Positions 40,150 through 51,215 of a stretch of 64,000 bases of DNA are shown piece by piece. Both the position numbers and the translations under genes were made by a program. Origin of the DNA: Lama guanicoe (taxonomy: Eukaryota); contig MU053934.1 of the NCBI GenBank assembly GCA_013239625.1, forward strand, positions 1,333,285 through 1,397,284, given 5' to 3'. Numbering within the stretch: the stretch's first letter is position 1; the number at the start of each line of letters is the position of its first letter. The notes under the pieces are model-generated. The model did no database searches. It worked only from the letters and a program-made list of their open reading frames with translations, and was not told the origin of the DNA.

Positions 40150-41440
40150 GTGGGAAGTTTGGAGAGCCGAGGGACACAGAGGAGGGGCTGCGACTCAGCC
40201 AGAAAGGACAGAGACAAGTACCCAAAGGACACGCTGCATGTTCAAGAACAAAGATTCACTTGGGCAAATGTGGAAGAGTTTGTTCGCCAGGCTGAACTCT
40301 CCCTGCTCCTACACCTGAATGTACACTTATGCACACACCTTACACAAACACACACATGTGAAGACACACACAAGCATGCAGGCACACAAACCTCTTGTGG
40401 TCCTCCAATCCTTCCAGGCTCCCTCCTGCCTGGAATTCTGTCCAGTCCCCTCCCCTCCCTAGTTCCCAGGCCAGTGTGACCAGAGGTCCACCTTCCCCTC
40501 TGGCTTGGGCTGCCCATCATTTCTCACAGGCTCCCTATCCTCACATGGTTTGTAGGTTTTCACTAAGAGCTCACCTCCAGCCAATTTTTGTGCTGTTGAA
40601 CAGTGGAATCGTCCCATGGGCAACGTCTCCTTTGCCTCTGCTGGGGTCCCTCGGGTTTCAGAAGCTTAGGTTTGAAGTTCATTGGTGTATCCAAAAATCT
40701 GTGGTTACTTTTTATCCAGAATGCCCATCTGTTGGAACAGGAATGTGTTGCCTCCAAAAAAGCTAAACTTTTCTTGTTAGACTCACGTTGTCCAGATCAC
40801 GGTCTGACAGAAAAACATCAGTGAGGCAGTCAGGAGACCTGGGATCCAGTCCTCAATCCCCACGAGCTGTTTTAGAATGACAGATGGATGGTCCTGTTCT
40901 TCATGCTCGTGATTATTTACCTCTCGGCCTCATCCCAGAAGAATTGAGGAGGTTTAGTTGAATACAGACAACCCGCACATGTTTTAAAGGAAGGACTAGA
41001 TGAAGAAACCAGAGTGAAGGAAAGGCAGCCCAGCACACTCTAAGACCCAAGAGGCCAAATGAGGTGTTTAATTTAGCTTCCTAGGAGCCACAGAGAAAAG
41101 AGAAACACGACCACCTGCAAGTGGTTGTGGTGACAAGGATTCTAAAGGTGCTCAAAAGAAGTGGGTTTTTTCCTGGCTTAGTGGTCTGAGAATTCAACTG
41201 TGTGTTCTCACTAAGGCAATATCACGTGAGCCTCAGCAAGAGCCAGTCCCTCCGGGGAATTCGGAGGACGGCTCTCCCCTTCATCTCTTTGTAGATATGA
41301 TGTGGTAAGCAGGAAAACCTGAAGTTAAAGGTTGGAGTAAGAGCAGACCTGTAGCTCAGACATGCTGTTCTGCCAGCTAAGGGAAGACCTATGGACATTA
41401 ACAGTCCAGTGGACCAGCCCCTACACAGAGAGTGGCCAAA

Positions 41441-42332
41441 GGAATACCTGTGGGAAAGCCTGTGGGAATACCTGTGATAATATTTGTGGGAATACCTGTG
41501 ATAGTATTTGTGGAAATATCTACAGAAATACCTTGAGAGTACCTGTGGGAAAACCTCTGGGAGTATCTGTGGGAATACCCCTGGAAGTGAGGCGGGAAGC
41601 CCCATAAAAAGACCGGCAGGACCCCCAGGCAGGGCCACTACTCTCCTGCCAGCACCACCCAGTTCTCTGGTGCACAGGCTCTATCTCACTTTTTGCCTCT
41701 GAAACGGCTTACTTACCCTTAAAATTCTATCGGTTCCCTGAGCTCACTTCTGATTGGTTATTTCCTTCACTCCTGATTGGTTATTACTCTCACTTCTGAT
41801 TGGCCCATTTGTAGTACTTCATTTGCATGGAGCTCACTCCTGAGTGGTTATTTCTCTCACTCCTCATTGGTCTATTTCTACAAAGCTTGTTCCTGGTCGG
41901 TCAACTTCTGTTATACTTTATTTGCATATGATGTTGCAAAGTGTAAACTGGCAGCCTATAAAGGCCTGTGTAAACCTGCAGACAGGGCCCAGAGCTTGGA
42001 ATGTTAACTCCTCTGGGCCTGCTGGCATGATAAACCTGAGTTCTCCAACTCTTGGAGTGCTGCTTGGTCTCTCGCCCAGATCCAGGTTGCTGTCACAACT
42101 GAGCTGTAACACCGGAGCTGTAACACCAAGCTGTAACACATTTTCCCACAACAATACTTGTGGGAATACCTGTGACAATGTGGAAATATCTACAGAAATA
42201 CCTTAAGAGTACCTGTGGGAATACCTCTGAGAGTACCTGTGAGAGTACCTGTGGGAATACCCCCGAGAGTACCTGAGAGTTCTTGTGGGAATTCCAGCAG
42301 GAGAGCTTGCGGGGCTGCCTGTGGGAAGCTGT
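41441..42332 (+). repeat. Degenerate 12-bp minisatellite (consensus GGGAATACCTGT) split by an LTR
   Basis: About 12 units at 41441-41587 and about 14 units at 42154-42332, seen directly. Confidence 0.92.
41588..42153 (+). mobile_element. Solo ERV1-like LTR, 566 bp, copy B
   Basis: Starts TGAGGCGGGAAGCCCC and ends CCCACAACA, with termini matching copy A. ATTGG boxes at 41753, 41776, 41799 and 41866; ATTTGCAT at 41821 and 41920; TATAAA at 41957. Confidence 0.93.
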
Positions 42333-43339
42333 AATCCTAAAAAGAACAGCTCTGGATCTTCTCCCACACCAGGAAATAATGTCCTAGTCCATCAAGCTGA
42401 GCCAGAATAATTTTAGCTTAAAAATTTTTTTCTAAGTACATTTTACAAATCTCCCAAGAAAGTCCTAGAAAAATCCTACTACTGCACCCACAGACACCTA
42501 ATGTCAAGCAAATATCACCTCCTGGTGAGTCTCACAAATGGCTTCCTAGGGAAACGTAGCCCTAAGAGACTAGATGAGTGAATACAATTCACAGGTTGTT
42601 GAATAAAAGCCAATTCAATGTTGGAGGACATCTGCCAACAATGACAATTGGGCGTTGGAGCAGTTCATCCTGAGCCACTTTTTTCTGACAGTAATGAGGC
42701 CATTCCTGGTTCCTGACAATAAAACCATGTCATCTGCATAGAAAAGACTTTCAACTTTCTGTTCCTCGTAGCAAAGGGCAATTCATTCAGCTCATCCAAA
42801 AGTTCTTTCAAGTCATAAAATATTCATTAGAGAGAGCAGGCGACCACAGCACATGGCTCTTGTGCAGTGCTTGAAATCATGATCTGGTTCGTCAAGACAC
42901 AATTCCTCCTGATGGCAGCCCTCAGGCAGTGCTGGGGGGCAGGTTCTGTATAACTGCCCAAGTCAGGGGTGGGGATTAATACTGGGCACCTTTAGATTAG
43001 CTCATAATTGGTTTCTCTCATGTAATTTGTTTCTCTCCACTGAGTATAAGGCCAAAATCTGTCATTGCTGCTGCAACTCTTATATTGTTCCTGACAAATT
43101 TTTGCACAAGTGGCATAAAAATGTCAATACTATGGAGCAATGTGCTGAAAACTCAAGGGCTTCTTCATGCAAAATATCAGCCTGAGAAACCCACACTTGC
43201 AATTTATAAAAGAGGAAATTGACAGATAGTTCAGTTGGAATATCAAGTAAACTAAAATGTCTATCATTTGAGGGAATAAAGGGTGGTCCTTAATAAAGTG
43301 TGCTAATCAACCCTTTGGGTCCATCCAGACAAGACTACC

Positions 43340-44135
43340 TGTAGAATTAAGGAGAACAAGCAACTTGGCTAATGAAAACTCGAAACATGGTGAGTCCAAA
43401 TGGAGATGAGCTGTAAATGTAAAATGCTTATCAGAATTCAAACTTAGTACCAAAAAAGAATGCAAAATAACTTTGTATTGATTATGTGTCAGAATGATAC
43501 TATTTGGATATGTTGGGTGAATAAAACGTATTGTTAAAATCAATGCCATCCTTTTTTTTTTACTTTTGTTGTAAGACTACTAAAAGGTTTTAAATTACTT
43601 GCATGCACACATGGTAGCCGTCTGCAAGATGACCTCCAGTGCTTCCCCCTTCCTGATACTCACATCCTCATGTGGTCTCCCACATTGGATCAGAGTTGCT
43701 CTGTGTGACCAACAGAACGTATCAGAAGTAATGGCATGTCACTCAAGATTAGGTTACAAAAGACATTACTTTGGTCTCTTTTTCAATCTCCCTCTCTCTC
43801 CGTTTGTTCTAGGGGAAGTTAGCTACTAGTTTGTGAACAGCTCCATGGAGAGGCCTACACAGTGAGAAACTGAGGCTTCCAGCCAACACCCACATGGATG
43901 AACTGTCTTAGAAGGAAGTCCTCCGGTCACAGTCCAGATAACCTTCAGATAACCACAGCCAAATTGACATCTTGACTATGACCTCACGAAAGACCCTGAT
44001 TTGGTTGGAATCACCCAACTAAGCCACTTCCAGATTTCTGGTCCTCAGAAGCCAGATGACATCATAAATATTACACTTCAGGCAATTGATTACATGGCAA
44101 CAGATAAATAATATGCACAAATTTTATTTCTATTA
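43340..44135. mobile_element. MER33-like hAT element with an inserted MLT1-type LTR (about 43612-44110)
   Basis: gatgagctgtaaatgtaaaatgcttatcagaattcaaacttagtacc is MER33-like. tggtagccgtctgcaagatgacctccagtg...ggcaacagataaataata is MLT1F-like. Confidence 0.65.
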
Positions 44136-44186
44136 AGCATCGCTGATCTTGAACTTAAAAAAGAAACAAAAAATAAAGGAATCCTC

Positions 44187-44582
44187 TAGAGCAGAGGCTC
44201 CTACCCCTGGCTGCACATTAAAATCACTTGAAAAACTTTTTTAAATAGCTGATGCCCAAGACCCACCCGAGACCGTTGAGTCAGAGTCTCTTGGGTTGGA
44301 GCCTCAGCACCTGATTTTGTAAAAGTTACCCGGGTGAGGTGAGCGTTCAGCCCAGGCTGAGACCCCTGCTCTAAAAAAATCGACTCTCCAATGTCATTGA
44401 GGTTAAGGCTACAGATCATCTGAGGCGTGGCCACTCCGGGTGTGCCTCAGAATCCACCTGGGAGCTGTTAGAAAGGCCAGTTCTTGGGCCCCAGCCCAGG
44501 AGGACCAAGCCAGAACCTGCATTTTTATACGATCTCCAGGGAATTTGGATGCACACTGCAGTTTGAGAAGCACTGACTTAGG
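44187..44582. mobile_element. Two adjacent MER5A-like MITEs
   Basis: The first has inverted ends TAGAGCAG...CTGCTCTA and ggctgcacattaaaatcac. The second has agaatccacctgggagctgttagaaa...cagtttgagaagcactg. Confidence 0.75.
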
Positions 44583-47500
44583 GTATCAGTTCAGAACTGG
44601 TCCTCAGAACCCTCACACTCCAGATTCCTGCTATAGGCACCCATATTCCAGAATCTGTTCTCCCATAAGCGTTTATTAAGCTTGTCTTGTGCATGAGCTC
44701 CCTCACCGAGGGATTCTGACATAACTGGTGTGGGTGGGGCTGAGCCACGGAGAACCTTGTGGAAGTTCTCCCCAGGGGAGTCTAAGCTGCAGCATCGGTG
44801 GTAAGACGGAAGATGCCCCCAACTGCCTCTCAGTCCATTCTTTCTCTGTGTCACTCATCTCACCATAAAACTGACAGTCGAGAGTTTAAAAATGACTTGT
44901 TTCCATTCAACACGAACCCTACAAGCCAACTGCCCCCTGTAGAATTTACATGAAGAAGCAGCAATTTCTTCCAACTCTAAAGAGGGGAAACTTGCCTCGT
45001 GGATGTACCCAGTGCTAATATGCACGTCTCAATGAGGTGCTTTCCTAAGGGAGTTCCAACAGGAATGCTGAGGACAGTAACCATCGCCTGAGTAACACCC
45101 TTCAGAACCCACCCCGGCAAGATACACCACCACCATGTAGCAAGACCTAAATTTGATAATAACTAACTCCAAACTCCTCTTCGTACATCAGCTCGCTTCC
45201 TGGCTCGCAGTTTAAGGATTCTTTTATCTCTTAGTTCCTTTATTTTCCTTTTTCCTTGCTGACAGTCTTTATCAAACCAAGAATTGCTGTGACAAAATCC
45301 ACCTTGACCCAAACCAAAATGAGCCAGCAAAGCCCGTTTTAAGTCGCTGACAGCTCCTTTGATAGTGGGTGAGGGGTAAACTGAGGACATTTCCTGGCAT
45401 TTCAAGAGGGTCTCAAAAAAGTGACTTCCACCAATTTGAAAACTTCATTCCTCTCTGCAATACCGGCCTTCTCTGAGATGCAACCATGAGTGTGAAAAAC
45501 CTGGTCATACCTATGACTAAGGTGGGAAGGATAGCATCACTTTGTCCCTGCTGAATAAGACAGGCTAACTGCAATACAATGGACAGCACCATCTTCTTCA
45601 AGCTGCTTACCATAATTTGTAATATCTACTTGTCTGCTTGTTTTCTACATCTCCTCTCTGATCATAACCCTATCCGGGCAGGAGCCATGTTGGTCTTACT
45701 CCATACCTTCTTCCTACTTAGCCTAGGATCTGGGACATAGTAGGCACCAAGTCAATGTTTGGTGAATGAAGGATTGAATGGAAAATTTCCCCAGATCCAC
45801 GCCACTCAGAAATACTAGACTCTATAAATCCACTGGTGAGGAATTGTCCTGTCAGCTTGATACAGCTGTCTAGAGGAGATATGATCTTTAGGAAAACGGA
45901 GTGGTTCAAGCTGGCCCCACAAGCCCTCCACCAAACCTCATATTCTGGCCTCAGGCGTTATTATAACTGACTTCAACTACGTGATGGAAATAAAGGATTC
46001 TGACCATCACATACATCCCAAGGTCCAAGCAGACTGCACATACCAGACCAGAGAGATGTGAATCAACTTTAAACCAGGTCCAGCCTCTCTGGTTCCCAAA
46101 TCCACAAAGGAAAGAGCTCTGTGTCCTGTCCTAGGCACTACGTATAACCACTTTCCATTTTAGGGTGCCTGTAAGATATGCCCAGCTAACTTGTGTCTTC
46201 CCCCTCCACCCCCCACTGCTAGAGTGTGAGTCCCTCAAGGCAGGGTCTGTATCTCATTCATCTGCATCTCCCTCTTGGGTGGCGCATAATAGATGCTCAA
46301 GAAACATTTGTGGGATGAACACACATGTGAATGTCAGGGCTGTGGGGCTAACCATGGGGACGATGGTTTAGAAGGAGAGCAAGTAGGGTATTTTCTTAGC
46401 CTGACTCAGGGAGAGAGGCTCACCCCAGAGAGAGAGAGAAAATATAAGGAACTCAAAAGAGGTGCTGAAAAGAAGAGGTGTAACTCTGGAAACTTCCCTC
46501 TTAGAGGCATGGTTCTTCATCCATACTGTGAGGGGTTTGGACCAGATGATCTCTGGGGTTACAGCAAAGCGAACGGAGCATCGGGTTCCAGAGCTGGACT
46601 CGCCTGGGTTTGACCGCTGCTTCTTCAGCAGATTAGCTGGGTGACCTGCTACCTCCCTGGGCGCATCTCCTCGGCTATAAAGTGGTGTCAGTGACCCCGG
46701 TTGACTGGGCTGTTGGGTGGATTAAGTGAGGCAGTTCCTGTACAGCCCTTGGCTCCATGGTCTCCACTCCTCTCTGCTGCTTCAGCCCCTGAAGACCCTG
46801 TCCTCATTCGTACCTGCCACCGCAGGTGTCCGTCACAGCTCTCTCTGCTGCAAGAGGAAGGAAATCTGCCCCCCTCCCAATGCAACAACTCCTTTAGCCG
46901 CCAAGGAGGGGGCTGGCTTCTGTGGGACTCTGGCCCCCTGACCACAAAGGATACACAGCAGGCATTTCACTGTGCATCAGCCACTGGGTTACTTTCCTCC
47001 TGGCACAGAGGAGAACTCCCTCTCCCGGCCCCCTTGCATCTAGGCAGGGGCATATGACTCATTCTGGCCACAGATTATGAACAGAAATTACTTAACCACT
47101 TTCATGGCTGACTCATTAAAATTCCCTCCTTTTATCTCTCCTCTTCCCTGGAAAACTTGAAGCCCACAGTTTGAGGATGGTAGCATCACAGTCAGGTGGG
47201 AGCCTGGGGCCCCTAATGACTGTCCAGCTGCATTGACCATGACATAGGTAAGCAATGAAGCTCCCACGATTTGAGGGTTTTCTTGTGACTGCAGCAGAGG
47301 CAGACTCCCCTAGGTCAGTCAGACAGCCTGACCTGTCCAAGGGGCACAGCTCCCAAAGCAGGACAGGGGGCCTTCACCTGGTTCCCATCATCTCAGGGCG
47401 AGTCCCTCACTCTCCTGACTCTCCTTGAGGCTCATCCTCCCCTCCCCAACCCTCTGCAAGAAGGTCTGGATTCTAACACCCCAACTCAGGTTTGCAGGCC

Positions 47501-47759
47501 CTCCTAGGGCATCTGTCACCCTCATGTAGATGGTACCTTGTGGCCAGCATGGAACCTCGGAGCTCGCCTAGAGAGTGCTTAGATGAGACCATGCAGTGAC
47601 ATCCACTATACTCCTTCGGTCTGGGCCTCAGTTTCCACACACACCATAAGGACCACAGAAGACCTCTCCCACTCTGATATTTGCAAGCCCAGAAAAAGCA
47701 CATCAGACAGGGCCTGCCCACTGCTGACACCCGGGGGCCCGCGCCCTGGCCACACCTCC

Positions 47760-48110
47760 CACTTACACGTGAACTATAAATTCTCTTGGCTGAGTAAACA
47801 CATTTTATGGGGCCCGGGGACACTTCCTAGCTATACAGCTCACCCCCTCTTCCCTTGTCCTCCTCAGACCTGGCTGCCTCCTCGGCGCGGCACCTCCCCA
47901 GGGCCCCTAGTTCCCATCCTCCGTCTTCCCTCTGCCTCCGACTCCTTTCCCCCGACACCTGCATCCCTGGCCTGAAGTGGGTGGAGAGTTTCTTCTCTTA
48001 TCAGCCGTTTTACTGCCCCCTCCTCCTTGGTTACACAGTAATTGGGAACAGAACTCCTGGCAAGGACGGGTCAATGCCTGTCAGCTCCCAGCCGATGGTT
48101 TACTGGACAG
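47760..48110 (+). promoter_or_regulatory. ISX: Putative ISX promoter / proximal enhancer
   Basis: CACGTG (47766), TATAAAT (47775), forkhead GTAAACA (47794), CDX-type TTTTATGG (47803), TTTTACTGC (48008) and TTTACTGG (48099), GATA CTTATC (47997). Lies about 1 kb upstream of the coding exon. Confidence 0.55.
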
Positions 48111-48147
48111 AGAGAAAGGGTCCCTTCAGTGCTGTCTTGGGAGGCAG
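48040..48147 (+). other. ISX: Candidate non-coding first exon of ISX (5' end uncertain)
   Basis: Strong donor CAG|GTAAGG at 48147/48148, pairing with a good acceptor at 48903/48904. Confidence 0.4.
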
Positions 48148-48903
48148 GTAAGGGGCATGCAAGCAGGAAAAGAGAAGAAAGGAGAGGCACCTCTGGCCAG
48201 GAGCCTGTGGAGAGACCTGTGCAGTTGAAGTCGGAGAGAGATCGGAACAAAGTGATGGCCAGACCAGAGATGCCAGGGGAGATTAAGACACCAGTGCTCA
48301 GCACAGCCCTGTCCCAGGGAGACAGCCTGGCCCTGACCCAGTGACCCCCTTCCTCAGCCTCCACCTGCAGGACAGCGGAAGTACTGCGCTCCGGAAGGCC
48401 TATTCTGGAATCTGGGAGCGACGGAAGCGAAAAAAATCCAGGACAGTTTCCTGAGGCCCATTGGTGGCACGCCAGCCTTCCAGAGGCCTGGCTGGAGCCA
48501 GCAGGAAGGGCCACCAGCCGGGGGAAGGGCAAAGGTGGATGCCTGGCCTTCGGATCCCCTGGGGGAGGAGGGGAGGCGCTCTCTTCCTGCCAGCTCTTTG
48601 TCGTGTTCCCCACTGGCCGTGACCTCAGGGCCCCGGCCTAGGCTGGGGACAGTGCAAGTGACCACCCTGGAGAAGATCCTCTGAAGTAAGGCTGAACCCA
48701 GCTTGGCAGTGGTGTCTCCTGTGACATCAAGCCACCGAGGGCTCTGAGTCCGTGGGCACGGGGTCCAGCCCCTTCCAGCTTTCCCGACGTGACCCCCCTC
48801 CTTGATCCAAGGGGTTTCTGAGGTGACCCAGGGAAGTCCCATGTTTGGATAAACTGACATGAGGATCCCTGTTCCCCACCTCTGCTCGCCCCCTTGATTC
48901 CAG

Positions 48904-49010
48904 GAGTTTCAGGAAAGGAAGGAAGCCGCTCTCCACTGGCATCGCCCGGGGCACCCACAGAGCCCCCCTGCCCACCTCGCTGTGGCCTGGGCCCTGCTCT
49001 CCAGGGGGCT
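48904..49010 (+). other. ISX: 5'UTR part of the ISX first coding exon
   Basis: Branch-like ACTGAC (about 48853), pyrimidine tract and TTCCAG|G acceptor at 48903. No ATG between 48904 and 49010. Confidence 0.55.
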
Positions 49011-49194
49011 ATGGAGAACTCTGGGTGCTGCGAGGCCCCGAAGAAGCTGGGCCTGTCCTTCTCTATTGAGGAGATCCTGAGGCCTGCTGAGCGGAGCGAT
49101 GTGGCCAGGCCAGAAGGGGCAGGTGGCCAGGGCCCTGGGCGAGCAGCTGCGGCAGACTCCAGGCTTGGGAGACCCCCGCAGGACCAGCCCCAGG
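49011..49194 (+). CDS. ISX: ISX (intestine-specific homeobox) first coding exon, 61 codons + 1 nt; partial CDS
   Basis: MENSGCCEAPKKLGLSFSIEEILRPAERSDVARPEGAGGQGPGRAAAADSRLGRPPQDQPQ matches the recalled human/mouse ISX N-terminus (GCCEAPKKLSLSFSIEAIL...PPKDQPQ). Contains the eh1 motif FSIxxIL, a strong Kozak context (gctATGG) and the donor CAGG|GTAAGT. Confidence 0.93.
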
Positions 49195-50959
49195 GTAAGT
49201 GTCTTCTGGCCATTTCTTATCCACTCCCGGGCCTCCCAGATCCAGCTGGGCTGAGGCAGAAAGTTGCTCTGAATCAACAAAAGAGAAAACTTCAGAATTC
49301 AAAGAGATGTCAGGCACTGGGCTGGTCATCTTAAATACCTTTCTCACTAGCTCAGAACTGGGGTTGTTCCGTCGTGGACACCAAGGCTCAGTGAATGGCC
49401 AGATGTGGGGACCTGGGCCTTGTCCCTGTAACCAGGCCACAGTGGAGAACACTAGTTACTACTTACTTATTCAGCACTTCCGGTGTGGTCGGCACCGTCC
49501 CAGAGGCTGCGCATGTCTCTTCTTTAACTTCAGCAGAAAAACGTAATTATCATAACTCGACAGATGAGGAAACTCATCCGTGAAAGGGAGGAGGTGGGTG
49601 ATGCCCCCAGGTCACACAGTCACAAAGCAGAGGACCCAGATCCCACTGCCTCCAAACACCTGCCTGGTCTGGCATGTTCTTTCCCTTGTTGGCAGCTGGC
49701 ACGGCCTCTAGTGGCTGTGGCTGCCTACCCTGATCACACCCCAGGCCAGTGCCAGCGCCAGAGCGTGTCCTCAAGTCACAATGACCAGATCTCGGGCCTC
49801 TCCTTGAGAGCTGGCTCAAGGAGGGCATGGAAGGGGACACACACACACCACTGAGAGTCAGGAATCCACGGTCAGTCTTGGCTCTCCCCTGGCCCTGCTG
49901 CGCCACCTCAGCAAAGTCCCTGCCCACTCTGGCCTCGGTTTCATCCTCAGGGAGATGGCTGAGTGAGGGAAGAGGACGAGGAGCCGGGGATGTCTCCAGG
50001 GGCCACTGGAATCTGATAGGCGATGAGCCCAGAGGATCTCACAAGAGGCACCCGGTCCTCTGGTCTTTCCACCCTTTCAATCCAAGGAAAGGAAGCTCAG
50101 TGGGGCCGTGATGTCTTCCCCAATTATCCACGGAGCCCCATTCTCTCCCTCCTCCAGATTCCCAAGATGGGGCTTACGTGTAGCAGCAGAGCAAGGGGAA
50201 GACCCTGGAGGGGCCCACGCATCCCTGGGGAACTGGAGGGTTTCCCAGTAGCTGAGCCTGTCAACAGGAAAGGGTCCCAGTTTAATTTTCAGAAGTTTGT
50301 TAATATCTTCCAGTGAATTGAGTGAGCATTCACAGAAACAATGCCTCTGAGAGTCTAACCTGAGTCTCTCCTGATGCAGCTACATAAAATCTATATCTGA
50401 GAGAGAGAGAGGAAAGGTCTTACATCCCCTACCAGAGTAGCTTCCCTTCCCCTAGCCTGACAATGGCAGATGACAAAACAAAGGACAAAAAAAAAAAATT
50501 TAAAAATAAAGGAAGCCATTCATTCTAAACTTCCCTGAAGATGCTGGCATGTCCCATATCAACGAGCCTGCTAGGCCCAGAGCAGAGCCCCCAGTAAGTT
50601 CTTGACAAAATGTTAGTTGTAAGATTAGACGGTGCCCCGTGGCTCTCTCGGCCATCTCGTGGCCATTGCTCCTTCCACCTGTCACAACTGTGAGCCTCAC
50701 CTCACAGATGATAAAACCAAGATGAGAAGACAAATCACCTGCAAAAACCACATGAGGAGTTAGCACTAGAATCGAATGCTGGTGGCCTGAGACCATCCGT
50801 TCTAGGTTACTCCTGAACATGGCCTAAATCCATACCTCTCCCCGCTGGGCTGGACTCCAGCATTTCCAAAAGACTAGTGAGGGTCCCCCTGGTGGTTTGC
50901 AAGATGACTCTGAGGGGCAGGCAAAGATTTTTTTAGGTCAATAGTTCTGTAATTATTTC

Positions 50960-51215
50960 TTTTTTTTTTAATAGAAGTATAGTCAATTTACAATGTTGTG
51001 TTAGTTTCTGGCGTACAACATAGCAATTCATATATATATGTGTGTATGTATATATATGTATATACATGTATATAGTCCTTTTCAGGTTCTTTTTCATTGT
51101 ATGCTATTAGAAGATATTGAATGTAGTTCCCTGTGTTATACTGTAGGACCTTGCTGTTTCTCTGTCTTATGTATAGTAGTTAATATCTGCAAATCCACAA
51201 CCCCTAGTCTATCCT
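50960..51215 (-). mobile_element. L1 3'UTR fragment
   Basis: Poly-T, then gaagtatagtcaatttacaatgttgtgttagtttctggcgtacaac...agttccctgtgttatactgtaggaccttg. Confidence 0.9.

Larger units (their letters stand above)
42560..45600 (-). mobile_element. Fossil RTE-X/L4-like non-LTR retrotransposon ORF (RT domain), interrupted by younger elements
   Basis: Manual minus-strand translation gives, in canonical order: WFDKDC (45279-45262); PSNDRHFSLLDIPTELSVNFLFYKLQVWVSQADILHEE (from 43274 downward); SPALSNEY (about 42840); KVESLFYADDMVLLSGTRNGL (YADD at 42740-42729). Confidence 0.8.

Noticed and set aside
41222..42206. Cys-rich periodic ORFs (CGNTCDNICGNT / RYFHKYYHRY)
   Set aside because: These are translations of the 12-bp minisatellite and LTR, with no exon evidence.
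41441..42332. Repeat array as a CRISPR-like system
   Set aside because: The units are contiguous degenerate 12-mers with no unique spacers, the context is mammalian and there are no cas genes.
48068..48083. Retinoic acid response element (ISX is known to be RA-inducible)
   Set aside because: GGGTCA is present but the second half-site (ctgtca) is poor and the spacing is non-canonical. No clear DR2/DR5 was seen by eye; a PWM scan is needed.
48894..49334. 146-aa ORF as the complete protein
   Set aside because: It begins at a TTG upstream of the acceptor and reads through the GTAAGT donor into the intron. Only 49011-49194 is supported as coding.
50881..50900. Second CTCF-like motif (gggtccccctggtggtttgc)
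   Set aside because: The core matches but the GCGC end is missing, and it may lie in a repeat remnant. Too weak to call.
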